From Octopus sinensis (lineage: Eukaryota): DNA of 64,000 bases. Positions 38,900 through 50,304 of the stretch are shown piece by piece; position 1 is the stretch's first letter; each line of letters starts with the position of its first letter. The stretch lies in the NCBI RefSeq assembly GCF_006345805.1, contig NC_043006.1, positions 81,034,001-81,098,000 on the forward strand, written 5' to 3'. The notes under the pieces were generated by a model. That model worked only from the letters and a program-made list of their open reading frames with translations, had not been told where the DNA came from and ran no database searches. A program made the position numbers and the translations under genes.

Positions 38900-39898
38900 T
38901 AGAATGGAACATATATATAAATTCAATCTATACTCTTACAAACGCTACACCTTTAAAAAGAAATGGACTTGTTTGATTGGCCCTTTAGAAAAAACGGTCA
39001 ATCTTCGAGCGATAAACAAAAAGGTCAAAAATATATGTATATATATATAAAAAAAACTTATAAAAATTATAAAATCCGAGGAAAAAACCGAGGAAAAAAC
39101 CTATTGCCGTTAATGAAGACAGTACAATTAATGCATAGAAATTAAACTGTTATAAATACTGCAATACATATTTATATTAAAATCCACATATATATATCAA
39201 CATACACAAAAGGATGCGCGTAAACGCCATACATACATATACAGACGTATGAATATGAATCTAAATTATACACATAAAAGCATGTGTACATATATTCACG
39301 CAAACCGTCTCGCACGCAAGCTAAAATTCATCTATGTAGCAATTCTCATATACTGAGCAAGGAGGGGGAACGAAAGAAAGGGAAAGAGAGAAAAAGGAAC
39401 GAAGGAAGGGTGGGGAAAAACTTGTAGCGATATTATTGGCATCTATAGAGGCCAGTATACATACACAAGTTTGAATTGATACATATACATACCGTCGTGT
39501 GTATGCGTGCTTAAGCACAAGCATACTTTCACTTACACATACACAGATACGCATGCTTACAAATACATATGCTTTGCTATACACAAACTTATATAAACAT
39601 TCTAAATTTGACAACATTGCTTCTTAAAAAAAACATTGCTTTTAAAAAATGGGTGCATTAATAAAAATATATACGAAAGACATATAAAATAAAATATAAC
39701 ATCCTATTTTGGGTCATTTATAAATAATCAAGGTAATATAAATAATCAAGGTAATCTTATGCAATACAATAACATGAAAACAAAGTTTGTAGGTTTTTCC
39801 TAATATATATGTAGAAACAATAAGACTTTGCTATAGATCCGTCGTAGCGCTCAAGAGTCAAAATCAAAATCAAAAAATCAAAATACAAAATATATACT

Positions 39899-41827
39899 CT
39901 ATCCATTTGGTATATTTATATTCGACATTTTAAATTTAGCCGCGTGCCTACATAAGTTCATTAACTCACTTCTTTGATTCAAAGAATTATTGTCTTTGAA
40001 TAATATGTGCATTTTCTCTAATAAGCAAAGCTTGCACTTGAAATTATATTTGTAAGCTCCATGCCTGTATGGTGCCGCCTGTCCAGAATGCTCCATGTCA
40101 CGTTGAAAGTGGGGGGGCTTCCTTCTTTTAGTTCCCAGACATATTTTGCTAGGCTTGTTTTCTTCCTATTCTCTGGGTATTTAAGAGAATTCTTATGAGA
40201 ATAAAATCTTGTTTTAAATGAATTTTCTGAAGCCCCTGTGTATGTCTTGTATTCCGATGAGTCTTCCACTTGCACCTTGGCTCTATAAACTACTCCTTTC
40301 ACTAGACATTTCCCTTCTAACGGACAGGAGTTTTCGTTTTTGAAATTACATTTCTTAATGGGCTCGGCACCATGTCTAATCTCAATTAGCTTCCTATTAT
40401 GTTGGCTAATGTAAGAGGCGAAATTTCTGCAACAAGAATAGCTAACCTTCAGGGTTCTTCTATTAAATATTCTGTAGAATTTATGACCCTGCTTAAAATG
40501 CTTAGAGACTAATCTCAAACATTCCTTACCTATATTAGTCTCTACGGCCAAATTGAAAGCCGGGTTGAACCACAAGACTTTCCTGGTCCTAGTTCTTCGT
40601 GCAGCATTATTATTAGCATTAAGCTGGTTGAACTGGATCTTCTCCGAGAATCCACTATTCTTTAATGCGCTATCGTAATAAGGTGCAGCATTATGGAATG
40701 CTGCCTCGTCCGAAGAAATTGAAGATATTCTTCTACCTACATTGCTGACTAAGTTGCTAAGGATAACTGGTGGATGGTTCGAATCTTTGCTAATATACGA
40801 TAGCTTTTCATTGGGCTTACGGAAAGGTTTAAATCTATCCGATCTTACATTAAAATTTACGTCTAAAAAATCTACACTATTCAGGTTAGTATCTATCGTA
40901 ATCCGTAAGCCCATCCTTTAAAGAAAGCTATAAGGTCCTTCCTAAGTCTATCTGATTCATGGCCGTTTAGATTATGCGTGGCTATAAGGCCGTCATCCCT
41001 ATATAGACCTGCATCTATAAATGGGAATTCTATTTTTAGATTATGGAGAATAAAGGCTCCTATGAGCATACATAATTCAGCCCCGTCGTATGCCACCATC
41101 GGTACATCGAAAAGAGAATCCTCAGTCTTCTTAATCCAGGTGGAATCCTCGAAAAACAGAAGCGATTTCCTCGCATGCATAATAATTTCAATTTCCGAGC
41201 TATCGATGTTGACATACTGCTTGGCGAAGTCCAATGCCCTTAGGAGCAACGTCCTAGATATCGACGGGTAAAAGTCAATAATGTCGAATTGTGTGAAACT
41301 ACAATTATTCTTATAGCTAATACCTTTAAACCACTCTATAACTGACTTACTATTCTTCCAAATTCTCAAGTCTACTTCACTATCTAACTTAACTAAAATA
41401 CGGTCTAAAATATTTTTGCTAATAATTCCTATCTCAGTTTTAGCCGGATTTATCAATCTACATTTGGGGTTTCTACTAAAATTGTCTTTATGGTCTTTCA
41501 GAGTAATAAGAGCTGGTCGTGGTGAAAGGTATTCAATCCTATCGCTAATCTTAAGATCGTTAGCTATTCCTCTTGCTTCTAAGTTCACCTCTTTGTATAT
41601 ATTCGTGTTGTCTTTTTTGTATGTGTCCGTGACACTATTCGAAATCAGGCGTTTATAAACGCCCTTATCAAGTGCATATAAGTTCCTTGTCTTGTCAGAA
41701 TTAACGAAGATCTTATTCGAGTCGTTAATCTTCTTAATTTTTTCTCTCATGTTTTTTTGCAATTGGTTGGTAAATTTGCGGAATTTAATTTTCCTAATAA
41801 GCTCGAAAAGGTCTTTCTCGAAGGCTT
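39899..41827 (-). pseudogene. PLE RT-GIY-YIG ORF, 5'-truncated, with a few 1-2 nt indels
   Basis: KCRLINPAK, FDIIDFYPSI, GLYRDDGL, DFLDVNF, KVLWFNPAF, CPLEGKC..VVYRAKV...KTYTG (GIY-YIG), KCKLCLLEK. Confidence 0.9.
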
Positions 41828-42768
41828 GATTTTGACTCTTGAGCGCTATGACGGATCTATAGCAAAGTCTTATTGTTTCTACATATATATTAGGAAAAAC
41901 CTACAAACTTTGTTTTCATGTTATTGTATTGCATAAGATTACCTTGATTATTTATATTACCTTGATTATTTATAAATGACCCAAAATAGGATGTTATATT
42001 TTATTTTATATGTCTTTCGTATATATTTTTATTATGCACCCATTTTTTAAAAGCAATGTTTTTTTTAAAAGCAATGTTGTCAAATTTAGAATGTTTATAT
42101 AAGTTTGTGTATAGCAAAGCATATGTATTTGTAAGCATGCGTATCTGTGTATGTGTAAGTGAAAGTATGCTTGTGCTTAAGCACGCATACACACGACGGT
42201 ATGTATATGTATCAATTCAAACTTGTGTATGTATACTGGCCTCTATAGATGCCAATAATATCGCTACAAGTTTTTTCCCCACCCCTCCTTCGTTCCTTTT
42301 TCTCTCTTTCCCTTTCTTTCGTTCCCCCTCCTTGCTCAGTATTTAGCTTGCGTGCGAGACGGTTTGCGTGAATATATGTACACATGCTTTTATGTGTATA
42401 ATTTAGATTCATATTCATACGTCTGTATATGTATGTATGGCGTGTACGCGCATCCTTTTGTGTATGTTGATATATATATGTGGATTTTAATATAATATGT
42501 ATTGCAGTATTTATAACAGGTTTAATTTCTATGCATTAATTTGTACTGTCTTCATTAACGGCAATAGGTTTTTTCCTCGGTTTTTTCCTCGGATTTTATA
42601 ATTTTTATAAGTTTTTTTTATATATATATACATATATTTTTGACCTTTTTGTTTATCGCTCGAAGATTGACCGTTTTTTCTAAAGGGCCAATCAAACAAG
42701 TCCATTTCTTTTTAAAGGTGTAGCATTTGTAAGAGTATAGATTGAATTTATATATATGTTCCATTCTA

Positions 42769-42820
42769 GCAAAAACTGTCTGATGAACGGCAACGAGAAA
42801 CTCAGAGTAACAGATTTTGT
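42769..42820 (+). ncRNA. Type I hammerhead ribozyme motif in pseudo-LTR
   Basis: GCAAAA-A-CUGU-CUGAUGA-A-CG(GCAA)CG-A-GAA-ACUC(A)GAGU-A-ACAG-A-UUUUGU; GUA site after 42809. Confidence 0.8.
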
Positions 42821-42984
42821 TGAATTTTCTGCTGCTTAAAATAAAGCATATTACTCTACCACTGGTATTTGAGTACTCTGTTTTCCACCTTGTTTCACAT
42901 TTATGTGTTTACTCCGGTCTAACCCGCTCCTTGTAAAAGTTTGAGCGACTCTGCACAAGTAGGAAGAACAAACAGCTGAAAAAT

Positions 42985-45115
42985 ATGGAACTTTACCGCT
43001 GGATTTTTCTCAGAAAAATATACCTATCCCTGCACGGAAACAATATATCAAAGGTCTTATAGAGAAAACGGAAGAGTTTATTAGAAGACTGAGATGGAAA
43101 GCCTTCTTCTTTGATAATAAACAGAAAATAGAAGGTAACAAATATGGATTTAAATCTCCCAGAAACCCACCACCGATTCCGGAATTAGAAGCCTTCGAGA
43201 AAGACCTTTTCGAGCTTATTAGGAAAATTAAATTCCGCAAATTTACCAACCAATTGCAAAAAAACATGAGAGAAAAAATTAAGAAGATTAACGACTCGAA
43301 TAAGATCTTCGTTAATTCTGACAAGACAAGGAACTTATATGCACTTGATAAGGGCGTTTATAAACGCCTGATTTCGAATAGTGTCACGGACACATACAAA
43401 AAAGACAACACGAATATATACAAAGAGGTGAACTTAGAAGCAAGAGGAATAGCTAACGATCTTAAGATTAGCGATAGGATTGAATACCTTTCACCACGAC
43501 CAGCTCTTATTACTCTGAAAGACCATAAAGACAATTTTAGTAGAAACCCCAAATGTAGATTGATAAATCCGGCTAAAACTGAGATAGGAATTATTAGCAA
43601 AAATATTTTAGACCGTATTTTAGTTAGTTAGATAGTGAAGTAGACTGGAGAATTTGGAAGAATAGTAAGTCAGTTATAGAGTGGTTTAAAGGTATTAGCT
43701 ATAAGAATAATTGTAGTTTCACACAATTCGACATTATTGACTTTTACCCGTCGATATCTAGGACGTTGCTCCTAAGGGCATTGGACTTCGCCAAGCAGTA
43801 TGTCAACATCGATAGCTCGGAAATTGAAATTATTATGCATGCGAGGAAATCGCTTCTGTTTTTCGAGGATTCCACCTGGATTAAGAAGACTGAGGATTCT
43901 CTTTTCGATGTACCGATGGTGGCATACGACGGGGCTGAATTATGTATGCTCATAGGAGCCTTTATTCTCCATAATCTAAAAATAGAATTCCCATTTATAG
44001 ATGCAGGTCTATATAGGGATGACGGCCTTATAGCCACGCATAATCTAAACGGCCATGAATCAGATAGACTTAGGAAGGACCTTATAGCTTTCTTTCAAAG
44101 GATGGGCTTACGGATTACGATAGATACTAACCTGAATAGTGTAGATTTTTTAGACGTAAATTTTAATGTAAGATCGGATAGATTTAAACCTTTCCGTAAG
44201 CCCAATGAAAAGCTATCGTATATTAGCAAAGATTCGAACCATCCACCAGTTATCCTTAGCAACTTAGTCAGCAATGTAGGTAGAAGAATATCTTCAATTT
44301 CTTCGGACGAGGCAGCATTCCATAATGCTGCACCTTATTACGATAGCGCATTAAAGAATAGTGGATTCTCGGAGAAGATCCAGTTCAACCAGCTTAATGC
44401 TAATAATAATGCTGCACGAAGAACTAGGACCAGGAAAGTCTTGTGGTTCAACCCGGCTTTCAATTGGCCGTAAAGACTAATATAGGTAAGGAATTTTTGA
44501 GATTAGTCTCTAAGCATTTTAAGCAGGGTCATAAATTCTACAGAATATTAATAGAAGAACCCTGAAGGTTAGCTATTCTTGTTGCAGAAATTTCGCCTCT
44601 TACATTAGCCAACATAATAGGAAGCTAATTGAGATTAGACATGGTGCCGAGCCCATTAAGAAATGTAATTTCAAAAACGAAAACTCCTGTCCGTTAGAAG
44701 GGAAATGTCTAGTGAAAGGAGTAGTTTATAGAGCCAAGGTGCAAGTGGAAGACTCATCGGAATACAAGACATACACAGGGGCTTCAGAAAATTCATTTAA
44801 AACAAGATTTTATTCTCATAAGAATTCTCTTAAATACCCAGAGAATAGGAAGAAAACCAGCCTAGCAAAATATGTCTGGGAACTAAAAGAAAAGGAAGCC
44901 CCACCTTTCAACGTGACATGGAGCATTCTGGACAGGGCGGCACCATACAGGCATGGAGCTTACAAATATATTTCAAGTGCAAGCTTTGCTTATTAGAGAA
45001 AATGCACATATTATTCAAAGACAATAATTCTTTGAATCAAAGAAGTGAGTTAATGAACTTATGTAGGCACGCGGCTAAATTTAAAATGTCGAATATAAAT
45101 ATACCATATGGATAG
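42985..45115 (+). CDS. PLE polyprotein (reverse transcriptase + C-terminal GIY-YIG endonuclease), ~710 codons, frameshifted in this assembly
   Basis: DFSQKNIPIP...FIRRLRWKAFFF...SDKTRNLY...YRDD RT...GIY-YIG. Candidate ATG at 42985 needs one extra T in a homopolymer. The breaks at ~43630, ~44465 and ~44555 are open in the inverted copy. Confidence 0.85.
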
Positions 45116-46116
45116 AGTATATATTTTGTAATTTGATTTTTTGATTTTGATTTTGACTCTTGAGCGCTACGACGGATCTATAGCAAAGTCTTATTGTTTC
45201 TACATATATATTAGGAAAAACCTACAAACTTTGTTTTCATGTTATTGTATTGCATAATATTACCTTGATTATTTATATTACCTTGATTATTTATAAATGA
45301 CCCAAAATAGGATGTTATATTTTATTTTATATGTCTTTCGTATATATTTTTATTAATGCACCCATTTTTTAAAAGCAATGTTTTTTTTTAAAAGCAATGT
45401 TGTCAAATTTAGAATGTTTATATAAGTTTGTGTATAGCAAAGCATATGTATTTGTAAGCATGCGTATCTGTGTATGTGTAAGTGAAAGTATGCTTGTGCT
45501 TAAGCACGCATACACACGACGTTATGTATATGTATCAATTCAAACTTGTGTATGTATACTGGCCTCTATAGATGCCTATAATATCGCTACAAGTTTTTTC
45601 CCCACCCCTCCTTCGTTCCTTTTTCTCTCTTTCCCTTTCTTTCGTTCCCCCTCCTTGCTCAGTATATGAGAATTGCTACATAGATGAATTTTAGCTTGCG
45701 TGCGAGACGGTTTGCGTGAATATATGTACACATGCTTTTATGTGTATAATTTAGATTCATATTCATACGTCTGTATATGTATGTATGGCGTGTACGCGCA
45801 TCCTTTTGTGTATGTTGATATATATATGTGGATTTTAATATAAATATGTATTGCAGTATGTATAACAAGTTTAATTTCTATGCATTAATTTGTACTGTCT
45901 TCATTAACGGCAATAGGTTTTTTCCTCGGTTTTTTTCTCGGATTTTAATATTTTTTATAGTTTTTTATATATATATACATATATTTTTGACCTTTTTGTT
46001 TATCGCTCGAAGATTGACCGTTTTTTCTAAAGGGCCAATCAAACAAGTCCATTTCTTTTTAAAGGTGTAGCGTTTGTAAGAGTATAGATTGAATTTATAT
46101 ATGTTATTCCATTCTA

Positions 46117-46168
46117 GCAAAAACTGTCTGATGAACGGCAACGAGAAACTCAGAGTAACAGATTTTGT
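46117..46168 (+). ncRNA. Type I hammerhead ribozyme motif in pseudo-LTR
   Basis: Same sequence as the 42769 copy; GUA site after 46157. Confidence 0.8.
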
Positions 46169-46639
46169 TGAATTTTCTGCTGCTTAAAATAAAGCATATT
46201 ACTCTACCACTGGTATTTGAGTACTCTTTTTTCCACCTTGTTTCACATTTATGTGTTTACTCCGGTCATATATATATATATTATATATATATATATATAT
46301 GTGATAAGCATAACAAATGCGCAACCGGTAAAAAGACTTTCACCTAATTAAATTACTTAATTACTCAATTATTTGTCAGCATTTTCTTCATTTCCTTTTA
46401 TATATTATATAATATATATATATATATTATATATATATATATATATAATATATATCATCTGCCAACCATGCTTATATATTCCATATTTACCTTAAAGTCA
46501 CTTTTCCATTGACGTCATTTAATACCTCTCTCGCTTTAAATACTCTCTGTCTCTCTATATATATCTCTCTCGTACACACGCACATATATCTAATATATCT
46601 GTATGTATGTGTATGCGTAAATGTATGTCTATGTGTGTA

Positions 46640-46875
46640 ATTGATAGATATCGCCATGTTAGATTGTTAGCCACTACACACATTTTTCTCTCCTTGTTTC
46701 TCTCCTTTTTTTCTCTCCTTGTCTCTCTCCTTGTTTTTCTGTGTCCCTTTCTGTAGAAGAGCGTAGGCTCGAAACATAAAAGACTTTTTTTTTTATTCCT
46801 GAGCGTTATACTAATACATCTGTTTGTTTTGTACACCACCTGTCTTCGTCTTTTGTATTTTTGGTAAACTCTCCC
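46640..46875 (+). mobile_element. CUGUNGA-family short repeat
   Basis: CTTT-CTGTAGA-A-GAGC(GTAG)GCTC-GAA-ACAT-A-AAAG at 46747-46782. Confidence 0.65.
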
Positions 46876-46994
46876 TATATATATACGGATGTATACATCC
46901 ATTCCATCCAACCATCCATCCGTCCATTCACCCAACCAATCATTGAAATACCTCTATTCATATACATCTTTACGACCTTGTTTAATAACGCTGT

Positions 46995-47203
46995 GAGCCG
47001 GCAGAATCGTTAGCACTGCAGATACGAAAGTTCGCAGTAGTTCGTCTCTTTTTTTTTAATTCCGGAGTTCAAATCCTACCGATATCGACTTGCCTTTCAT
47101 CTTTTCGGGGCCGATAAAGTAAGTATCATTTGAGTACTGTGATTTATGTAATCTACTTACTCCCTCCACCGAAATTGCTTGTCTTTCGCCAAAATTTAAA
47201 CAA
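46995..47203 (+). mobile_element. Decayed SINE family B copy
   Basis: GAGCCGGCAGAATCGTTAGCAC head, GAGTTCAAATCC, TTGCCTTTCATCTTTTCGGGG core. Confidence 0.6.
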
Positions 47204-47603
47204 TTTTTATTATATCAGATCGTGAGTAAATCTTTTGCTTGATTATAGTATTATTTTATATATTTCTGTGTTTCTTTTGCCCCAAGTTTATAGCTTTTGG
47301 TTTCTTCAATGCATCTACCTAGCGGAAACAATCACACTCATTTAATCGAATCTAGAGAGAGAGAAGAGAGGGAAAAGAAAAATTCAATACGAAAGATGTC
47401 AACTTTACTTATCGAATCGATTGGCTAACATTACTCCACCTGCACACATACGTACATTTATATACTCAAATGCATATACATACATACATTCCCGCATATA
47501 TACATAAGTACGTACGTATGTATATTATCAACATTACTCCTTATAACACTGCAGGAACGATTTGTAACATAGCATATATATATATATTGTATTGTATTGT
47601 ATT

Positions 47604-47669
<66 letters not shown>

Positions 47670-48274
47670 GATATATGATATTGTCCGGCATTCGCATTGA
47701 TAGATCGCTAGCTTCTACACATTCTTTATTTTATCTCCTTGTTTCTTTCTGTTTCCTTTGTGTAGAAGAACGTAGGCTCGAAACGTTAAAGACTCTGTGT
47801 CAAGACAGACACGTGCTTAGTCTTACTGATTACATCGGGAATAAAATTTCAAATGTCTTGGTTCCGGCGCGCTAAGAGACTCCTGAAGCGAAGGGCTGCA
47901 GTGAATAATTCACTGCGGGTAAAAGCATTCTGGCCGGTTACCTAGCAGGCCAGCCCTGCCAATATACACATATATTTGAATTTTCTCTGACTCCTCAGAT
48001 TTTTTGAATGCTGGACTACTGGTTTTAAATTGATATTAAAATTAATATTAATTTATTTCCCTCAATTTTTAAATATTTAAATAAATACGTTCCCTAGTAG
48101 TATGCTTTACCCGCAGTGAATTATTCACTGCAGCCCTTCGCTTCAGGAGTCTCTTAGCGCGCCGGAACCAAAGACATTTGAAATTTTATTCCCGATGTAA
48201 TCAGTAAGACTAAGCACGTGTCTGTCTTGACACAGAGAGCTGGGGTTAGTCTTGCGGTTTGCATCTCGAGGACC

Positions 48275-48350
48275 GAATGTACTGAAGAAGTCACGGACAC
48301 TTGAATTATGCAAGTATTCTTTTGTTAAGACCGAAACGAGGTATGCATTT
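48275..48350 (+). ncRNA. Type I hammerhead ribozyme motif, monomer 1
   Basis: GAAUGUA-CUGAAGA-A-GUC..ACUUG(AAUUAUG)CAAGU..GAC-C-GAA-AC(GAG)GU-A-UGCAUUU; 7-bp helix I; GUA site after 48343. Confidence 0.8.
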
Positions 48351-48830
48351 AAGTCTGTTTTTTATTTATTTTTCATATGTCCTGCCCGCCAAATTTGGTT
48401 CTGGTGTTCGCTGAATTCTTCCTCTAGAGAATTTCCCTTGTGTTTGATCGTTTATATCTATTTCTATCTCTAGCATTCTGGCTGGCCGGCTACCTAGCAG
48501 GCCAGCCCTGCCAATATACACATATATTTGAATTTTCTCTCTGACTCCTCAGATTTTTTGAATGCTGGACTACTGGTTTTAAATTGATATTAAAATTAAT
48601 ATTAATTTATCTCCCTCAATTTTTAAATATTTAAATAATAAATACGTTCCCTAGTAGTTGCTTTACCCGCAGTGAATTATTCACTGCAGCCCTTCGCTTC
48701 AGGAGTCTCTTAGCGCGCGCGGAACCAAGACATTTGAAATTTTATTCCCGATGTAATCAGTAAGACTAAGCACGTGTCTGTCTTGACACAGAGAGCTGGG
48801 GTTAGTCTTTCAGTTTGCATCTCGAGGACC

Positions 48831-48908
48831 GAATGTACTGAAGAAGTCACGGACACTTGAATTATGCAAGTAATTCTTTTGTTAAGACCGAAACCGAGGT
48901 ATGCATTT
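48831..48908 (+). ncRNA. Type I hammerhead ribozyme motif, monomer 2
   Basis: As monomer 1 but helix III is ACC(GA)GGU; GUA site after 48901. Confidence 0.85.
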
Positions 48909-49212
48909 AAGTCTGTTTTTTATTTAATTTTTCATATGTCCTGCCCGCCAAATTTGGTTCTGGTGTTCGCTGAATTCTTCCTCTAGAGAATTTCCCTTGT
49001 AGTTTGATCGTTTATGATCTATTTCTCTACATTTCTGGCCGGCTACCTAGCAGGCCAGCCCTGCCATATACACATATATTTGAATTTTCTCTGACTCCTC
49101 AGATTTTCTGAATGCTGGACTACTTGTTTTAAATTGATATTAAAATTAATATTAATTTATCTCCCTCAATTTATATATATATATATATATATAAATATTC
49201 ATATATATATTA

Positions 49213-49468
49213 TATTAAGTATATGACATAAGTTATAGAACGAAGTTCGATAAAATCAATCATATTTTTCATAAATGGAGGAGATTAGACGTTAATATGG
49301 AACAAAAATATATTTTATTAATTTCTTACATGATTTTATTGTCTCTCTGGACGAAACGGTCATATAGCGAAATGATTTTTCCATATTAACATCTAATCTC
49401 CTCCATTTACGAAAAATATGATTGAATTTGTGGAACTTCTTTCTATAACTTAAATTGAATACTTAATA
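49213..49468. mobile_element. MITE-like fold-back element, ~90-bp imperfect TIRs
   Basis: TAAGTTATAGAA.GAAGTTC...AAATGGAGGAGATTAGA.GTTAATATGGAA present in both orientations; TA flanks. Confidence 0.7.
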
Positions 49469-50304
49469 TACTTATATAACCTTTCATATCAACGCCAATT
49501 TACATCAGTAAATTCAAAGTAAAGTATGAAGAATCAACGTTAGAAATCTTTTAGAGACTATTCCAATTAAAACACGAATCCACATACAAACCTTAATATA
49601 TATGTCTACGTATATATATGCTAACTCATATATATATATATATATATACATACACACATACACATACACATATATATATAGATATATACATACACACATA
49701 CATGCATACATACAAAGACACACAACTAAATACATATACATATACATGCATATATATGTCATCGTTTTTTGTTACGCAGAAAAGTACTTGACTCGTTTGT
49801 GAAGGTTAAAATTCCTTTCGCTGAATGTTACATCGAGATGACATCTCAAATAGAAGGTGATATATGCTGCAAACACCCAGCTCCCACTCTACATACATGC
49901 ATGAACATTCTAATACTTATTAGGCCTTATTTCTGCAGTTTCATTAAGCTGGAGCGTATACTAGATACCCAAGTATGTAAGTGATTGAGTTTACTGGCCA
50001 AAACTCTGAACGTTATATAATCAGCTGCAAAGTTAAGCACAGTAAATTTGTTTCATTTATTTCACCCAAGTCCACAAGAGCGACGTGAAATTTATTGCCT
50101 TGCTAAAAGACAGACAACGTGCAAACTGGTGGGAACTCTCACACGCCCGTACTTTCAACATTATATGCACTAGACATACATGCATTAAGCGTTCAGTTAC
50201 CTACGTATACATGAATATTCATGTCAATTATGCATACACTCATATATGTATGTATATATATATATATATATTGTATGTATGTATGTATGTAACTATACTG
50301 TTAA

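Larger units (their letters stand above)
38822..46267. mobile_element. Young Penelope-like element insertion: inverted 5'-truncated copy (38822-41827, -) joined to pseudo-LTR + full copy + pseudo-LTR (41826-46267, +)
   Basis: 38822-41827 is the near-identical reverse complement of 43189-46194; 41826-42919 repeats 45147-46267 directly; both ends lie in (TA)n. Confidence 0.92.
47793..49172 (+). mobile_element. Retrozyme-like non-coding tandem array (two full ~550-560 bp monomers + partial third) with a 136-bp 5' inversion
   Basis: Monomers 47924-48471, 48472-49028 and partial 49029-49172; 47793-47928 is the reverse complement of 48102-48237; one HHR per full monomer; ends in (TA)n; no recognisable ORF. 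Confidence 0.85.

Noticed and set aside
47970-48005. Opposite-polarity HHR in the monomer (minus strand CUGAGGA-GUCAGA-GAA-AAUU-C)
   Set aside because: Neither helix I nor helix II can pair.
47924-49172. CRISPR-like or satellite interpretation of the tandem array
   Set aside because: Units are ~550 bp with no unique spacers; only 2.3 copies, with an inversion and HHRs.
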